A DNA stretch of 64,000 nucleotides, taken from the NCBI GenBank assembly GCA_964016885.1, contig OZ024740.1:81034001-81098000 (forward strand). Direction: 5' to 3'. Under the pieces are notes generated by a model that saw nothing but the letters and a program-made list of their open reading frames with translations, was not told the origin of the DNA and searched no databases. The translations under genes and the position numbers were made by a program. Source of the stretch: Eledone cirrhosa (lineage: Eukaryota). Within the stretch, counting starts at the first letter, position 1, and each line of letters begins with the position of its first letter. Shown piece by piece: positions 1-12,649 of the stretch.

Positions 1-355
1 AACTTGGTATAATTTCACCCACTATGTAGAAATCTTATAATGAAACGATCGTTTGGGGAATGAGATCTTTAATATATCTCATATGAAATAATACAGCCAA
101 TTATCCACACAATACAATATAGTTATCACCCAAATGTTTAATTGGGAATATATTCAGGTATTTCCAAATGTTTGTTGAGTGAGTTGGTAATTGGTCGGAG
201 TATCGTTATTAGCTTTCTCCGTTTATGTAATTATATATATATATATATAAATGAGGTAAATATCTCACTGTGTACTAAGTACACATTGAGATATATAGGG
301 TGTCTATAATATAATTGTTGTTCTATGGTACTAATTCGAGATACCAGAACTATAA

Positions 356-687
356 AAATTGATGAGCAGAACAAACAAACATTAAACAATCCTTTAACTA
401 AATTAAAAATAATTTAAATATCTAGCGGCCAGGTCACGTGTGGGTCACTTTAACGGCTATAACTCATACGAGCTGGAAGTAGGCATTATATTTGCGGACC
501 ATGGGACGTATGTCCTATAGAAAGGAAATACCTCTCTGATGAAATCTACTTTCCGTTGGAAATTCTCTTAATTTCCAATCTTTTGTGGATGGAAACCGCC
601 GGTAATAGCATTATGAACAGGTAGATATTTAAATTATTTTTTAATTTATTTAAAGGATTGTTTAATGTTTGTTTGTTCTGCTCATCA

Positions 688-691
<4 letters not shown>
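356..691. repeat. Fold-back element (arms ~356-424 and ~622-691) next to (TA)n, enclosing a hammerhead motif
   Basis: aaattgatgagcagaacaaac...aaatatcta is the near reverse complement of tagatattt...ctgctcatcaattt. Confidence 0.85.
532..608 (+). ncRNA. Type I hammerhead ribozyme motif (weak stem I)
   Basis: CTCT-CTGATGA-A-ATCTAC...GTGGAT-G-GAAA-CCGCCG-GTA-ATAG. Stem II contains a nested TTGGAAATT/AATTTCCAA hairpin. GUA site; stem I has one mismatch. Confidence 0.55.
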
Positions 692-732
<41 letters not shown>

Positions 733-763
733 GGGGGTGTATATCTATATATATATATATATA

Positions 764-1713
764 TGATGATGAATTCCAACCGTGACCATCTCCGCTGAAA
801 GTTTTCATGAAATAGTCTTACGACTATACAGAGCATTTGAAGTTTTTCCAAATTGAAGGATAGGTATCTTGAACTTTATTTTATCATGAATTAAGGCTCT
901 ATTGATTTTTCCCTGGATTTCACTAAATTCTGTGGATGAATTTATATCCTGATTCTCTTTAAGATGAGTTTAAATTATTTTTCCCACATCTCACGTTAAC
1001 TATTTTTCCCATTTTGACGCTATAGTCACTTACATACTATGGAATGCTGTTCGCTTTTCGCTGCAGTGTTTTCTATACCTTTCATTTATATATTTATACT
1101 CGGATTTTTCTTCGAGTGCTTAAATTATTTGTGACTAATCCCGGTTTTTTTATAAAAAACTGCGATAATATTGCATTTTGCTGAACTCCTTAGTGTAGAG
1201 TTTTTTTCGGAATGTTTTTGACTGTTGTTTCTTGTAAACAAACTTTCGTCTCATTCTGACGTCAATAGCCATTTTTTCCTCGTGTGCGTTTTTCGTGATC
1301 ACGCATGATGTTGGACTGGCCAGCTTTAGAATTCCCTTTTTGGTATATTAATCTGCGAGAATCCTGGTTATCGAGTTGAGCTCTGCTGATGATGAACTCC
1401 AACCGTGACCATCTCCGCTGAAAGTTTTCATGAAATAGTCTTACGACTATACAGAGCATTTGAAGTTTTTTCAAATTGAAGGATAGGTATCTTGAACTTT
1501 ATTGTATCATGAGTTAAGGCTCTATTGATTTTTCCCTGGATTTCACTAAATTCTGTGGATGAATTTATATCCTGATTCTCTTTAAGATGAGTTTAAATTA
1601 TTTTTCCCACATCTTACGTTAACTATTTTTCCCATTTTGACGCTATAGTCACTTATATACTATGGAATGCTGTTCGCTTTTCGCTGCAGTGTTTTCTATA
1701 CCTTTCATTTATA
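764..1713 (+). mobile_element. Non-coding partial-tandem element (direct repeats ~764-1090 and ~1387-1713, period 623 bp); PLE-terminus or retrozyme-like
   Basis: Near-identical ~330 bp direct repeats, (TA)n on both flanks, HHR at the start of the repeat. Confidence 0.75.
1380..1457 (+). ncRNA. Type I hammerhead ribozyme, canonical core
   Basis: Stem I GCTCTG/CAGAGC; CTGATGA; stem II TGAA...TTCA(T); GAAA; stem III ATAGTC-ttac-GACTAT; AUA cleavage triplet. Confidence 0.8.
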
Positions 1714-1969
1714 TATATATACAGAGAGAGAGATAGAGATAGATGGATAGATAGATAGATAGAGAGAGAGAAAGGGTGGAGAGATGGTAAGAAACACTCA
1801 AGAGAGCTAGGCAACAGAACATCTTCACTTCAGAGAAGAACCTCCTAATGCAAGTGTTTTGCCCCCCCCCCGCCTTGATTTCGTACATTCTAACTGAACC
1901 GGACCGCGCCCAGGTCATGCCTACAGGGTGCCCTTCTTCTGACTCGTTTTAGCCAGTTGGCTATCGATT

Positions 1970-2035
1970 TATTGTGCATTTAAACCGTACGGAGCTTTTG
2001 TTGACAAGATCCAGTTGGAATTCCTCCTCGTTACC
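1970..2035 (-). pseudogene. Remnant of a PLE GIY-YIG C-terminus
   Basis: Minus-strand translation RNSNWILSTKAPYGLNAQ* resembles the W(I)xxLxTxxPxGLN end of PLE ORFs. Confidence 0.45.
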
Positions 2036-3873
2036 TTTGTTTTCAAATATATATCTAAATCCTTTCTTGAGTTTAGAAAAATAACGTTGGTAGTCATGGT
2101 AGCGATGAGAATTGAGCAGAGTCGCCACCATCACCAACACTACAACTATCTCTCACTCAGAATTATTTCTCCTAGCGTATTTTAAAATAAATTATAATGC
2201 CCTCAAATAAAATGGGAGTGTTGGACCCGCTAATACTACCAGATTCAAAGTGACCAGATTCAAAATGACTACATTCACTAGCGGTTGCATGACAACAGCA
2301 ACCATCAAACCAATTACAACAGAACTACCACCAAGGGCATGGAAGAGGAAGGTTCCGCCATATTTAAATCAAATGAATATATATACAATTATTTTTAAAG
2401 TATGGGACTGAGTGCTCTTGGTGGTAATTCTACTGAAATTGGTTTGAGAGGCAGCAAATCAGAACCTCGTATACTAGAAAAGTCCCTGTAAGCAAATATA
2501 TAGAAGAATGCGGAGTCAAAACGCTACCAAACTTCGATGTTTTCTCATTGTACCAATGTAGTTATGAAATCAAAGAACAAGGTCGAATTAATGAAGAGTA
2601 AATCTTCATGAGAAAATTCGAACGAAGATTGAACTCACTATTTTTCAACATTAAAGAAAAGTAGAGTTACGCCCCTTGTCACAGATTATAATCTTTCTAC
2701 ACACATGCGACAACGGAAAAAAATCAGTTATATCCCTTACAAGGGCAGAAGCAGCACAAACCAATGTGGTCGAGAATCAGCATTCAGGAGATATAACGAG
2801 AAAATAAAAAAATTTAATCTAATAACAAATGTTTTGATAATCCAATACAGAGAATTTGCAATTTGTAACATCAATAGTAAATATAAAGATCCTTTATATA
2901 TTATATATCCAGGCGCACTTTTTATATATATAAATATAAATTATAAAACTGAAGACCAAATAGACAAGAATATAGTGAACATGTGTTTCAAAGTTCCGAA
3001 TATATAGTTTCACAACGATGGTTGCTAAACACTGTACGGCTTAATTCGGGATGTTTGTTTACAAACACACCGAGCATTATAATAAATGTTCGGTGAATCC
3101 ATACGTACATATATATATGTGTGCATGTATGTATATATAAATATACATACTACTGTACGTCTGTATACATATATATATACATACTACTGTACGTCTGTAT
3201 ACATATATGTATGTACGTTTACATACTTATATTTAAGTAACAGCCGTACTAAGAGTGAGAAATGAAATTTCGTTTCATTTTTTCCGTTTATATATATATA
3301 TATATATTACAGACGAAAAAAAAGTAACTAATGTGGGAGCGGAGGTGAAGTTGAGCGTTCGGGTGGTGGAGTTTATTGAGATTTTATTTGGTTTTGTAAC
3401 CATACTTAAATTTTAATTGTATTTGTACTTGTGATATTTTCACTTTTCGTAGCTACTGATCATATGATGCTAGTGGTAAGGGTTAGATGGAGCTTTCTGG
3501 GGTTATTTCAGATCCTCCGGCCTAAGAAGACGTGCTTTCCTCGACGTTACGAGACGCCAAGTCACAGAAAGTATATCATTGTGTTTTCACTATTTTGTCG
3601 GCGTTGAAGGCGGAGTGAATATGGAGATGAGAGTAGTGGGGCAAAACCTACCTCTCCTTGTCCTTGAATTTTGTTTTCGCTGCAGTTGGATTGAGAAGTT
3701 CATTCGTTTTAACCGATAGCGAATGCGGGCATAGATGAATCTGGTACTGGGCAGCTACGTTACCAACGGTGGTAGAAGAAATTGAAAAATATTCTTCGAA
3801 ATGATAGTCGTGTTGAAGAGAATGTTGTGTCAATTTGTCGTCGCTGAAGTGGAAATATAGATGATGATCGTCG

Positions 3874-4515
3874 CTTCTTCTTCTTCTTCTTCTTCTTCTT
3901 CTTCTTCTTCTTCTTCTTCTTCTTTTCAGTCATTACCCAAGTGTCATGACCATAGATAAGGGTTGACACGAATACCGATTTGAAGATAGCGAGTTTGGCT
4001 CATACACCTACTTCCATTCTTCTGATTAGCAAATAATAAAGTTGGCACATTACTGCCTTCCATCACTTATAAACACGGTCCCGAGATACTCCAAACTCTC
4101 CACTTTCTTTAGTGGAACTCAAATCACATGTGGAGCACACTGCGCAGGCTTCCTTGAGATGGCAAGTATCTCAGTTTTTGCAGCACTGATGTTTATTCCA
4201 GCCATGCAGCTGTCAGCATCAATCCTATTGAGTGCATGTCGGGAATCAACTTCTATCAAGTTAAGTAATACTATATCATCTGCAAATTCCAGCCGATTGA
4301 TTTTACACCCAGCAGTCATGATACCAGTTCCAAACCGGTTGCGCATGTCTATCCTGTTCATATGAATAATGAACAGGAGAGGTGATAGTACGCACCGATG
4401 GTGGTGTCCGACACCTACATTGAATGTTTCCGATTTAGCACCATTTATCTGAACACAAATACTTGAGCATTCGTATAGAGACATCACAGTAACCAGAAAC
4501 TGCCCAACGATCCAA
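3874..4515 (-). mobile_element. RTE-like LINE reverse-transcriptase fragment ending in (AAG)n
   Basis: LSPLLFII, LEFADDIVLL, KTEILAI and STLIYGHDTWVMTEK motifs; frameshifted; (CTT)n at 3874-3923 on the + strand. Confidence 0.8.
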
Positions 4516-6429
4516 TATTTGTCCCTCTTATTGTTAATGTTAGTTTTCTCATTGTTTTTCACCCTTCATACATCTAGATCCGAAACACAAATGGTAATTA
4601 TTGCAGGCCTCATTATTTTTTTCTTTGGGGCTGTAGTAGTGGCTCATTTCTTTTTCTTTTGCCGCATGAAAAGTGTTATTTTTTTGTTCTTAATGTCATC
4701 CTCATTTGTTGTTTTTTGTGGTGGTGATGGTTGTAGTGGTTTTAGTGTCGATTGTTTTAGTTGCGATGGTTTTATTGTTGTCCTAGTGGGACTCTTGTTG
4801 GTCGTGATAATATTGTTGTTAAGCATTTCTGAAGAAAACATGAAAAATCATTTTTTACCCCTTGGTAGTCCTGTAACAACTTTGAAGCCCCCGCCCCTGT
4901 AGTTTGGGTGTTACAGTGACATTATGTCAAGTAATATTCTTCAACGATTGTTTTATATGATTTTCTACTGACAATAAATGATAGGGAAATAGGTGTTTTG
5001 TCCTCAATTAGAGAACGCTATCATAGTTTTCAACAATCCTTTTCTTTTCAAGAAAACTATATTAACAAAAAGATGTATTGTTGTTAATACTATCATTATC
5101 GTTATTATAAATATTATTACTATTGTTTTCCTTGACGACAGCACCACAGAATAATTTGAAACATTAGTGGCTAGATGTTTAACATTTGATTTGGTCTCAC
5201 ATAACTTGCCCGTCATAATGGTAGCATCAATAATAATTTCTTGTCTTCATTTCCCCCTATGTATGTACTTTTAACATGGCCAATAAAACAAAAGCATCAA
5301 CTCTCGGCTATACATACGGAGAGGTGGAACTAGACTAATGCATTCCCATTTTGTTTGGGTGACATACAGTTATATGTAACAAATTATGTTTCTCTTTAAT
5401 ATTGTTAATCTGTTATGCGAGGATAAAAAAGGGGGCGTTTGTATTGGATAAATGTAAGAATCCGACAAAAGAGTTGGGCACAATGTGTAGTAAGGCGGTT
5501 GATTTAGTACTACAGGTAGATCAAATAATGGAGGAGGTGGGACATTTCACATGCAACAAATATTTGGTCACAGAAGAAAGTAAATCTGGGTACGAGCCGT
5601 TGAAACGTGAATTTAAAAAAACGTGAATTAAAAAAAAGAAGGTTTATTTTAAAAGAAACATTTTTTAAAAAAATGATCAACCATTTGTAGTGCTAGGTAT
5701 AACATGGCACTGAGATATTGGATCAAATTGAGATATAATCAAATATCATATGCCACAATAAGGGGCTTTCTTTTAACAAAACAACATGATATTATTATAT
5801 AAATGTCGTACCGATAGTACATGTATTAACTGTGGTGAGAACCCATATAGTAGTCCATTTGAAAGGCTACACTTTCGCTTAACCACAGCATATTTCTGCT
5901 TCAAGACGAAAATACTCGTATAGAGCGTTGTCTACTTTAGCACAGAAAACGACACCCTTCTCCAAAACAAATTACAATAGTGTATTAATTATAGATATAG
6001 TAACGTGAAATGACTATAATGTTTTGCCGAAGCAAACGGAACAATTTCAGAATCACTCGGACCTTGCTGTTGAATGGAAGTGAGAAGTCAAGAAATGTGT
6101 AATATAATTTAGAATTGGCACATCCGAAATAATTCAAAATGATTTCAGTAAGGGCATTAACAAATTAATTATAAGGGTAGACGTAGCATGTTACAGGAAA
6201 TACCAATATCAGGTCCTGGATAGCTTCTTTAGATTTAAATATACATTTTAAAACTCAATACTTTTCTCTATGCTTTTCATTGAGCATTCCTGTAAATATT
6301 GGGGACTTTTGTAACCGTGGACATTTTGCTAACCATGAACACCTCTGTACATATCCATCAATATTTACCTAATTCTTGTTTCAAGAAAGGAAATTCTATT
6401 TCTTAAAAAATAACATCAAAAGTCATGGT

Positions 6430-6526
6430 GATAATTGTTTCTACTTTTGGCATAAGACCAGCAATTACCCCAGTGCATTACTGGTGCTTTATTTTATCGA
6501 CCCCGTAAGGATGAATGGCAAAGTTA
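6430..6526 (-). mobile_element. SINE 3' fragment (same family as 48851-49040)
   Basis: aattgtttctacttttggca...ttttatcgaccccgtaaggatgaatggcaaagttaa matches the reverse complement of the SINE body and tail. Confidence 0.75.
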
Positions 6527-8019
6527 ATAATCATGTTTATTGAACTACACATCATAATACAACGAAGAAAAATGTAAAATATACATCATTGTATCACAAC
6601 CCCCAATGTATCATAATCCCCAGTATATCATACAACCTACTGATCTGTCTAAACAAAATAAGTCTTTATTAGTATTACAAAGATAAATACTCAACTGAAC
6701 ACAATTAATACGTTATTTTTCTTAGAACACAAAAGGATTGGAGCAAATTTGTATTGAGGTAAATATGAGTTATTGATTACCCAATGGATATCTATCTGTA
6801 AGAAAAGGAAGTATGCTGTGAACCTGGCATGTATTGATTGCTAGAACGCAATTGTGTAATCTTTAGAAATACTACAGTAATACTAAGATATACTTATTTC
6901 AAACATGTTATGATTACATGTATCGAGTTAAATAACCACAAACAAAAGGAGAGTTGTAAAGAAACAAATAGCCATTACAAGCGAAATGTTCAAAAGCAAA
7001 TTCTCCTATTTTCCTTTGGAGCATCTACATTTAAACATATTTTAAATCACAGTCCATGCAGATACAACTGCTGTTGGTAATCAACGATGTTCTGTATATA
7101 CATAACTTACAGCTATATATACAGATGATACACATCTCGAACACTATTGCATTAGCATACGGATTCCGTTGGGAAATTGGCATGGACTTCATTTTTCAAA
7201 AGTCTGCCGTAATTGTATTGAAAACGGGAAATTTAATGAAACAAAACCCGCTAATATCAACTTAAACATAAAAGAAAAGATAAGACAATTCGACCAAAGG
7301 CAGACTTGTAATTGGAAATAAATGAACGAGACAAATACAACATACGGTAATAAAGGACATGTTAAAAAAGCATATTATAGGCGTACAATACTGATATATA
7401 AAACTAAAGTCATTGCTAAAAATAAGATAATAGAAATCAATACTCAATCTATTCATGTATTATGTTCCACTAATATTCTAGAAGGGAATTAGCAAGAATA
7501 GGGGTAAAGGGACAATAATGACTGTTTGCCATTGGACAATGATATCGATATCTACAATTAGAAAATTATTATTACAAATTTATCTGATAATGAATAATGG
7601 TAAACTAATATACACAAAGAAGATAACAATTGTTTTCCATTTACACAGACATTAACAAGTATAAACCTTATGCTAAAGGGAACCACTGTTAGTAGGAGGA
7701 AGACATGTTTAATATAAAATATTAAAACGTGAATCGGAAAGCAGATGGGTCAACAAGATGTTGCAATGTGATGAAGTATAATTTTGTTAAATTATGTTCT
7801 TATAAAGTGATCTAATACGAGGGATATATGTTCTAGGCGGAAGAAAGTGGTTATTTTACTCGATTTACTAAGGTGTTATTTATAACAATCGATTATATAT
7901 ACAGTTATTTCTGCGTTTGTGTTTCGTACATTTTCTCTGAATTTCATAACTCCGCAGCCTTTTGAAAGTTCAATTCTTTATATAAACAATGCAGTTTAGA
8001 TTTTAAAACGTCTCGCGAA

Positions 8020-8970
8020 CACGGACACGGAGACACAGTCCTCTGGCAAGCGGGCACAACAATCGGTGGAGACTCCACTTCGACATTCTATAGAGGGATT
8101 GTACGTTACAAGGGCAACGACGTGCTCGGAGAGACTCTGGGCGTAGAAGACGATGAGCTAACCAGTCTGTTTGGTAGGACTTTCCGCCCGGGACCTATGG
8201 ACAACTTCCAGAGGTCCCTGGCCTGGCAATGCTACCGAGCAGCTCTACCATTTCGTGACAAGATCTACAGGCACAGTCACCCCGGCAGGGATACTTCCAA
8301 AAGAACGTGGTCCAGGATGCGTACATGACATTGAAACGGTCCTGCACGCAATTGTACACTGCCAGGGCGTAACCGACTTGTGGAACTCTGTAGAACAACT
8401 GCTGTCGCGTATGGGCCAAATCCAGTTGACTGCCGAGTCCATAGTAAGGATCAAACAGCCAGCTTCTTTCAAAAACGAAAGAGAGGCAGTTTTCTTCTGT
8501 ACAGTGGCTATGGTGAAAGAGATTATATGGTGGACGAGATTGAGAAGACTGAGGACAGATGCCTTTCTCTCCGAACAACAATTGATTCCCTTCTTTAAGT
8601 ATCACTTTAGAAGGAGAATCAGAGTGGAGAGAGAGGTACTGCACCCCATTAAATTTGCTGAAAGGTGGGTGAATGTGGCAAAAATGACCCGAGTGATTGG
8701 GCCTTCTCTGTTTATAAGCCTGTAGGTTAAAGAAGAGAGCAAAAGGAGAAAGGAACACCTGCACAACACGCTCCTGGAGTTGAGGGTTGTTCTATCGACG
8801 GGGTATTAAACAACCCATTTGTGGCGCTTCTTCCATATTGTGGATTTCGATTGTTATAATTGTTTCTTTTATATTTTTACATGATTGTATGTAAAATCCC
8901 CGGCATGTCTTTGTATTGTCCCCTTTTTTGTGCGCCCTTGTTGCAAATAAAGAAATCTATCTATCTATCT
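8020..8970 (+). mobile_element. L1/Tx1-like LINE 3' end (zf-RVT region, 3' UTR, polyA signal, (ATCT)n tail)
   Basis: FQRSLAWQCYRAALPFRDKIYRH and ETVLHAIVHC...LW motifs across frameshifts; stop at 8725; AATAAA near 8946; atct repeats. Confidence 0.7.
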
Positions 8971-9028
8971 TCGTATATATAGGAAAGAGGACGTAACACA
9001 CTAAGATGAGTAAATTGTTAACCAACAA

Positions 9029-9836
9029 TCAATATATATATATAAATGACGATATGTGTGTGAGTGTGTATGTCCGTACCCACATACCTTCTACAGTTGA
9101 AACCGATTTTCTTCAAATTTGAAACAAACATGCGTTATGTTCCCTGATGTGCCATGGGCTCATAAAATGTTTAAGTTTTTATTTAATGCAGTCCCTAGGT
9201 GGACGATGGCTGTCTCTGGATCGCCGTGACAATCACGTCCATTGTGCGAAACTTAATTTTTGGTTAACATTTTACTCATCTTAGTGTGTTACGTCCTCTT
9301 TCCTTAGATAATACCTCCAAGGAAGAGATCCACCATTGATCGAAAAACGGCGAAAGCTGAGAGAGGGAAAAGAAGAAAAGCAAATGATTCGTTAATGGAG
9401 GTTGCAATTGGACGATCGCAAGCTGCTGAACATAAAGCTACTGCAAGAGGGTTAGAAAACTACGAACAGCGTCGTATTTAAGACATAGGTTACTAATGTA
9501 CTCCGGAGGGTCATGGGCACTTTCATTTTTCGGATATTGTTTATAGGGCTCCGCGGAGGCAGATAACCCCTTGTAACCGCTTCCTGGGAGTCGACCGAAG
9601 CACTACAGTGCAATGCAACCGATTTTCACCAAAGTTGACACATCGGCTACGTATGTTCTACAGATGAATTTGAACCCCCCCCCCCCCCCAGATTGAGTAG
9701 GGGACTCCTGGGGGCATTTTGGAAAAAGCCGATGATTTTGTACAAGTATAGTTTTCGAAACAGCACTGAAGTATTGACATGAATGCTATATATGACTGCT
9801 ATTTAATACCCGAGGAATGTCAGTGACTTTTGCTAG
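9029..9836 (+). mobile_element. Probable non-autonomous Helitron
   Basis: A|TC 5' end followed by TA/TG repeats and tgtccgt...aaccgattttc...aaa motifs (twice); 3' CTAG|T with a degenerate upstream hairpin; no TSD. Confidence 0.55.
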
Positions 9837-9885
9837 TGTATATCTATCTATCTATCTATATATATATAGTAATAATAATAAATGC

Positions 9886-9950
9886 GAAGATCCCGTTAAG
9901 GGTGAAAGGAGCGATTCTTTGCTTAAACTTTAATCTGTTATTTTAATATA
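9886..9950 (+). repeat. Short truncated copy of the PLE terminus found at 49540-49605 (minus), with partial HHR
   Basis: gaagatcccgttaagggtgaaaggagcgattctttgcttaaactttaatctgttatttt matches the reverse complement of 49545-49602. Confidence 0.75.
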
Positions 9951-10741
9951 TGTATATATCGACGGGTCTATCGTGATATCGTATTAGTAAATAGCGTGTC
10001 TATATTAGCTAATACTCTAACATTTTTATCTTAAGTTTTTATATATTATGATCTTACGTTATTAAACTTTAAGAAATGTTTATGTATTCATCTGTTCAGC
10101 TGTCACATTGGTTAATTTTGCCTATGTATAATGAGCTTTATACGTAAGCACATTTAAATAATTATTTTCTCGTTCTTAACAATTTCAGCTGAAAAGACAA
10201 TTATAGCTGTTTAAACATTTTTGTTTTCTTGTTACTTCGTTTGTCTAGTTCGTGTTTATTTCAATAAAAATTGATAACCGTGTTATAATATAGAATTTAT
10301 TTTAATACATATCACTATTAGCTTTACTTTCACTCAATTTTCTGTTTTGTATTTCAATATATTGTATTTTTACCTCCTTGAATATATGTAAATTCACGGC
10401 CTATTAGAAGGAGTCCTCGTTTGACTGTTCATTTCTATAAAGTTATATGTAGGCCTCATATAAGTATTTTCTTTAAAATATATTCACTTTAAATTTAACA
10501 TGTTTTAACTTACTTTCTGAATCAACATTTGAATTTCTAATTTCTTAACTCAATATCATTTAACTAAAGTTTTCTTTTAGATTTTAAATCTATCTCAACT
10601 ATAGATATGTTGTTTCTATAATATTTTCAACATTTAGAGATATTCATTCAGAATGTGGTCATTGGGACTCTGGAAGTTGTTACTAACTGTTTAAATAAAA
10701 CCTTAAGACGTTGGGTTACACAGAACCAGAAAGGGCATGGC

Positions 10742-11000
10742 TTGTTAGGGAGTTGTAAATAGAGCCCATTAAGGGAACTGTAAAATATGTAAATCATTTC
10801 AGCATATATGCACATATGAATACAAAAACATATACACTTGCACTCATATAACTCAAAACATACAGACCCACACATGCAGTAACACAAATACTTGTACACA
10901 TACAAAAACACATACATACCTATATACCTAATTGATGTCTAAATTCCAATGAACGAGACTTGCTTCTATGTTAGAAACCGGCTCTCTATCTGAAAATGTA
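10742..11000 (+). repeat. Dispersed repeat, diverged paralogue of ~33435-33725
   Basis: Shared aactcaaaacatac, atatacctaattgatg and ctat(g/a)ttagaaaccg..ctctct blocks. Confidence 0.55.
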
Positions 11001-11768
11001 TACACCCGAATCATTATTTCCATGTACGCAGTAATTTACGTAACTCAACTTAACTGTCATATGATGTGTACTTCATATCGCCAGCTTACAAAATACACAG
11101 AATAAATCAAACTCCTTGCCTTCATTTCTACACTTGCATCATCTTCATTCATATCCATTGTTATATGAGTGTAACTGTATTATACATACTATACATAATT
11201 TTTTAACAAAAAGGTAATCAAATGGGGGGTCAGGGACATAGACCAAATGCTTGCGATAGAATAATCTCCTTTAAATCCCCAAATGGTCCGGCGGAAGAGT
11301 TAGATCGAACGATTGATTATGATAGCACCACCCTCCCGTGAATATGACCAGGTTCTCCGATAGAAGTCTAAGCATCTCGTGAACAAAGAAAGGGCATGCT
11401 GTCCAGTTGGATAGAACTTGAAAACATGTAGTTGTGAAACAAACACCATAACGTGTTATCTCTAAATATAAGTTATACGTAAACATGTGATAATTATTAT
11501 TGAAGACTGAGCATTGATATGAGAATTTACTTCAAAATGATATGAAGGTTGCATGTCCGTAACCTCCGAAATAGATTTAATAATACATTCAAGTCACCTT
11601 TCAATATTTGGAATTTCCATACGGAAGAAGTTTCAAAATAAAATGATTTAATGCTGTAACGATTGCTTCCGTTAGCTTAAATCTCCATTAGGTTTAAACT
11701 GTAAACTGCACGGCTAAAATAACCTCAGCATAAATTACTGCACTCTATTCTCAGTTATATTAAATAAT

Positions 11769-11950
11769 TGTTTCTACTTTTGGCACAAGGCAAGCAATTA
11801 CCCAGTACATTACTGGTACTTTATTTTATCGACCTCGTAAGGATGAAAGGCAAAGTTAACCTTGGCGGGATTTGAACTCAGATCGTAAAGGGACGTAACT
11901 ATGCTGGAAAGCATGTCCAACCCTCTACCAATTCTGCCAATCAACCGCCC
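11769..11950 (-). mobile_element. Full-length tRNA-derived SINE with ~18 bp TSD
   Basis: B-box GAGTTCAAATCC; central ctttgcctttcatccttacgaggtcgataaaataaagtaccag; TSD tcagttatattaaataat at 11751-11768 and 11951-11968. Confidence 0.9.
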
Positions 11951-12649
11951 TCAGTTATATTAAATAATGCAGCCATACTAAGGTAGATTCCGGGCATAGA
12001 GGAAATTTCAATTTGTTTTCCTTCTTCATTCCTGTTATTTAGAATTTTCTTCTAATCTCTTAATTTCTTGTACTCTTAACTGAAAATAGCCAACTGAAAG
12101 TTGTTGAGTAGGTTTTATTGTTTTCTCTCTTCAGTCTTTATTCTTTTTATTACTAGTTCATTTAGTGTGCATTCCAAAACCACCAGTTCATAACAAATAT
12201 ATTGAAGAAAGAGTTATTTTCAGAAATGTTTTTGTATGTGACTTGTAAATCCTTCGTATTAACATTCTCATAGCAGACTCTTAACAAACGGTGTTCTATA
12301 TTTATACTACAGCTGTGAAGTAATTTTTTCATAATATCTACTAGTTTCGCTATTTGCATTATATAATCCTTTGTTTTCAATCCTTCTCTGGCTACATTTA
12401 ACAAAATATATTTTGCCGTTGTGTCCCGAAATAATCAAGAAGTATAAGACATTTATCAAAGTTACTAAAATTCGCTTTAATAATGGTTTCTGATTTAGAC
12501 AAAAGACCAAACAAGTTTTTTTTTTAAAGTCGACTTCAGATCTTTACTGGTTACTTCATTCTTTCGACAAAATATTCTGCCTTTCTGTTTAGATTAAAAG
12601 AAATAAGCGGGAACTATTAAGAATTCATCAAAATTGCTAAATTTCACTT

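Noticed and set aside
3520-3572. Minus-strand CTGTGA + 8-bp stem + GAAA
   Set aside because: Core lacks one nucleotide and stems I and III are unclear
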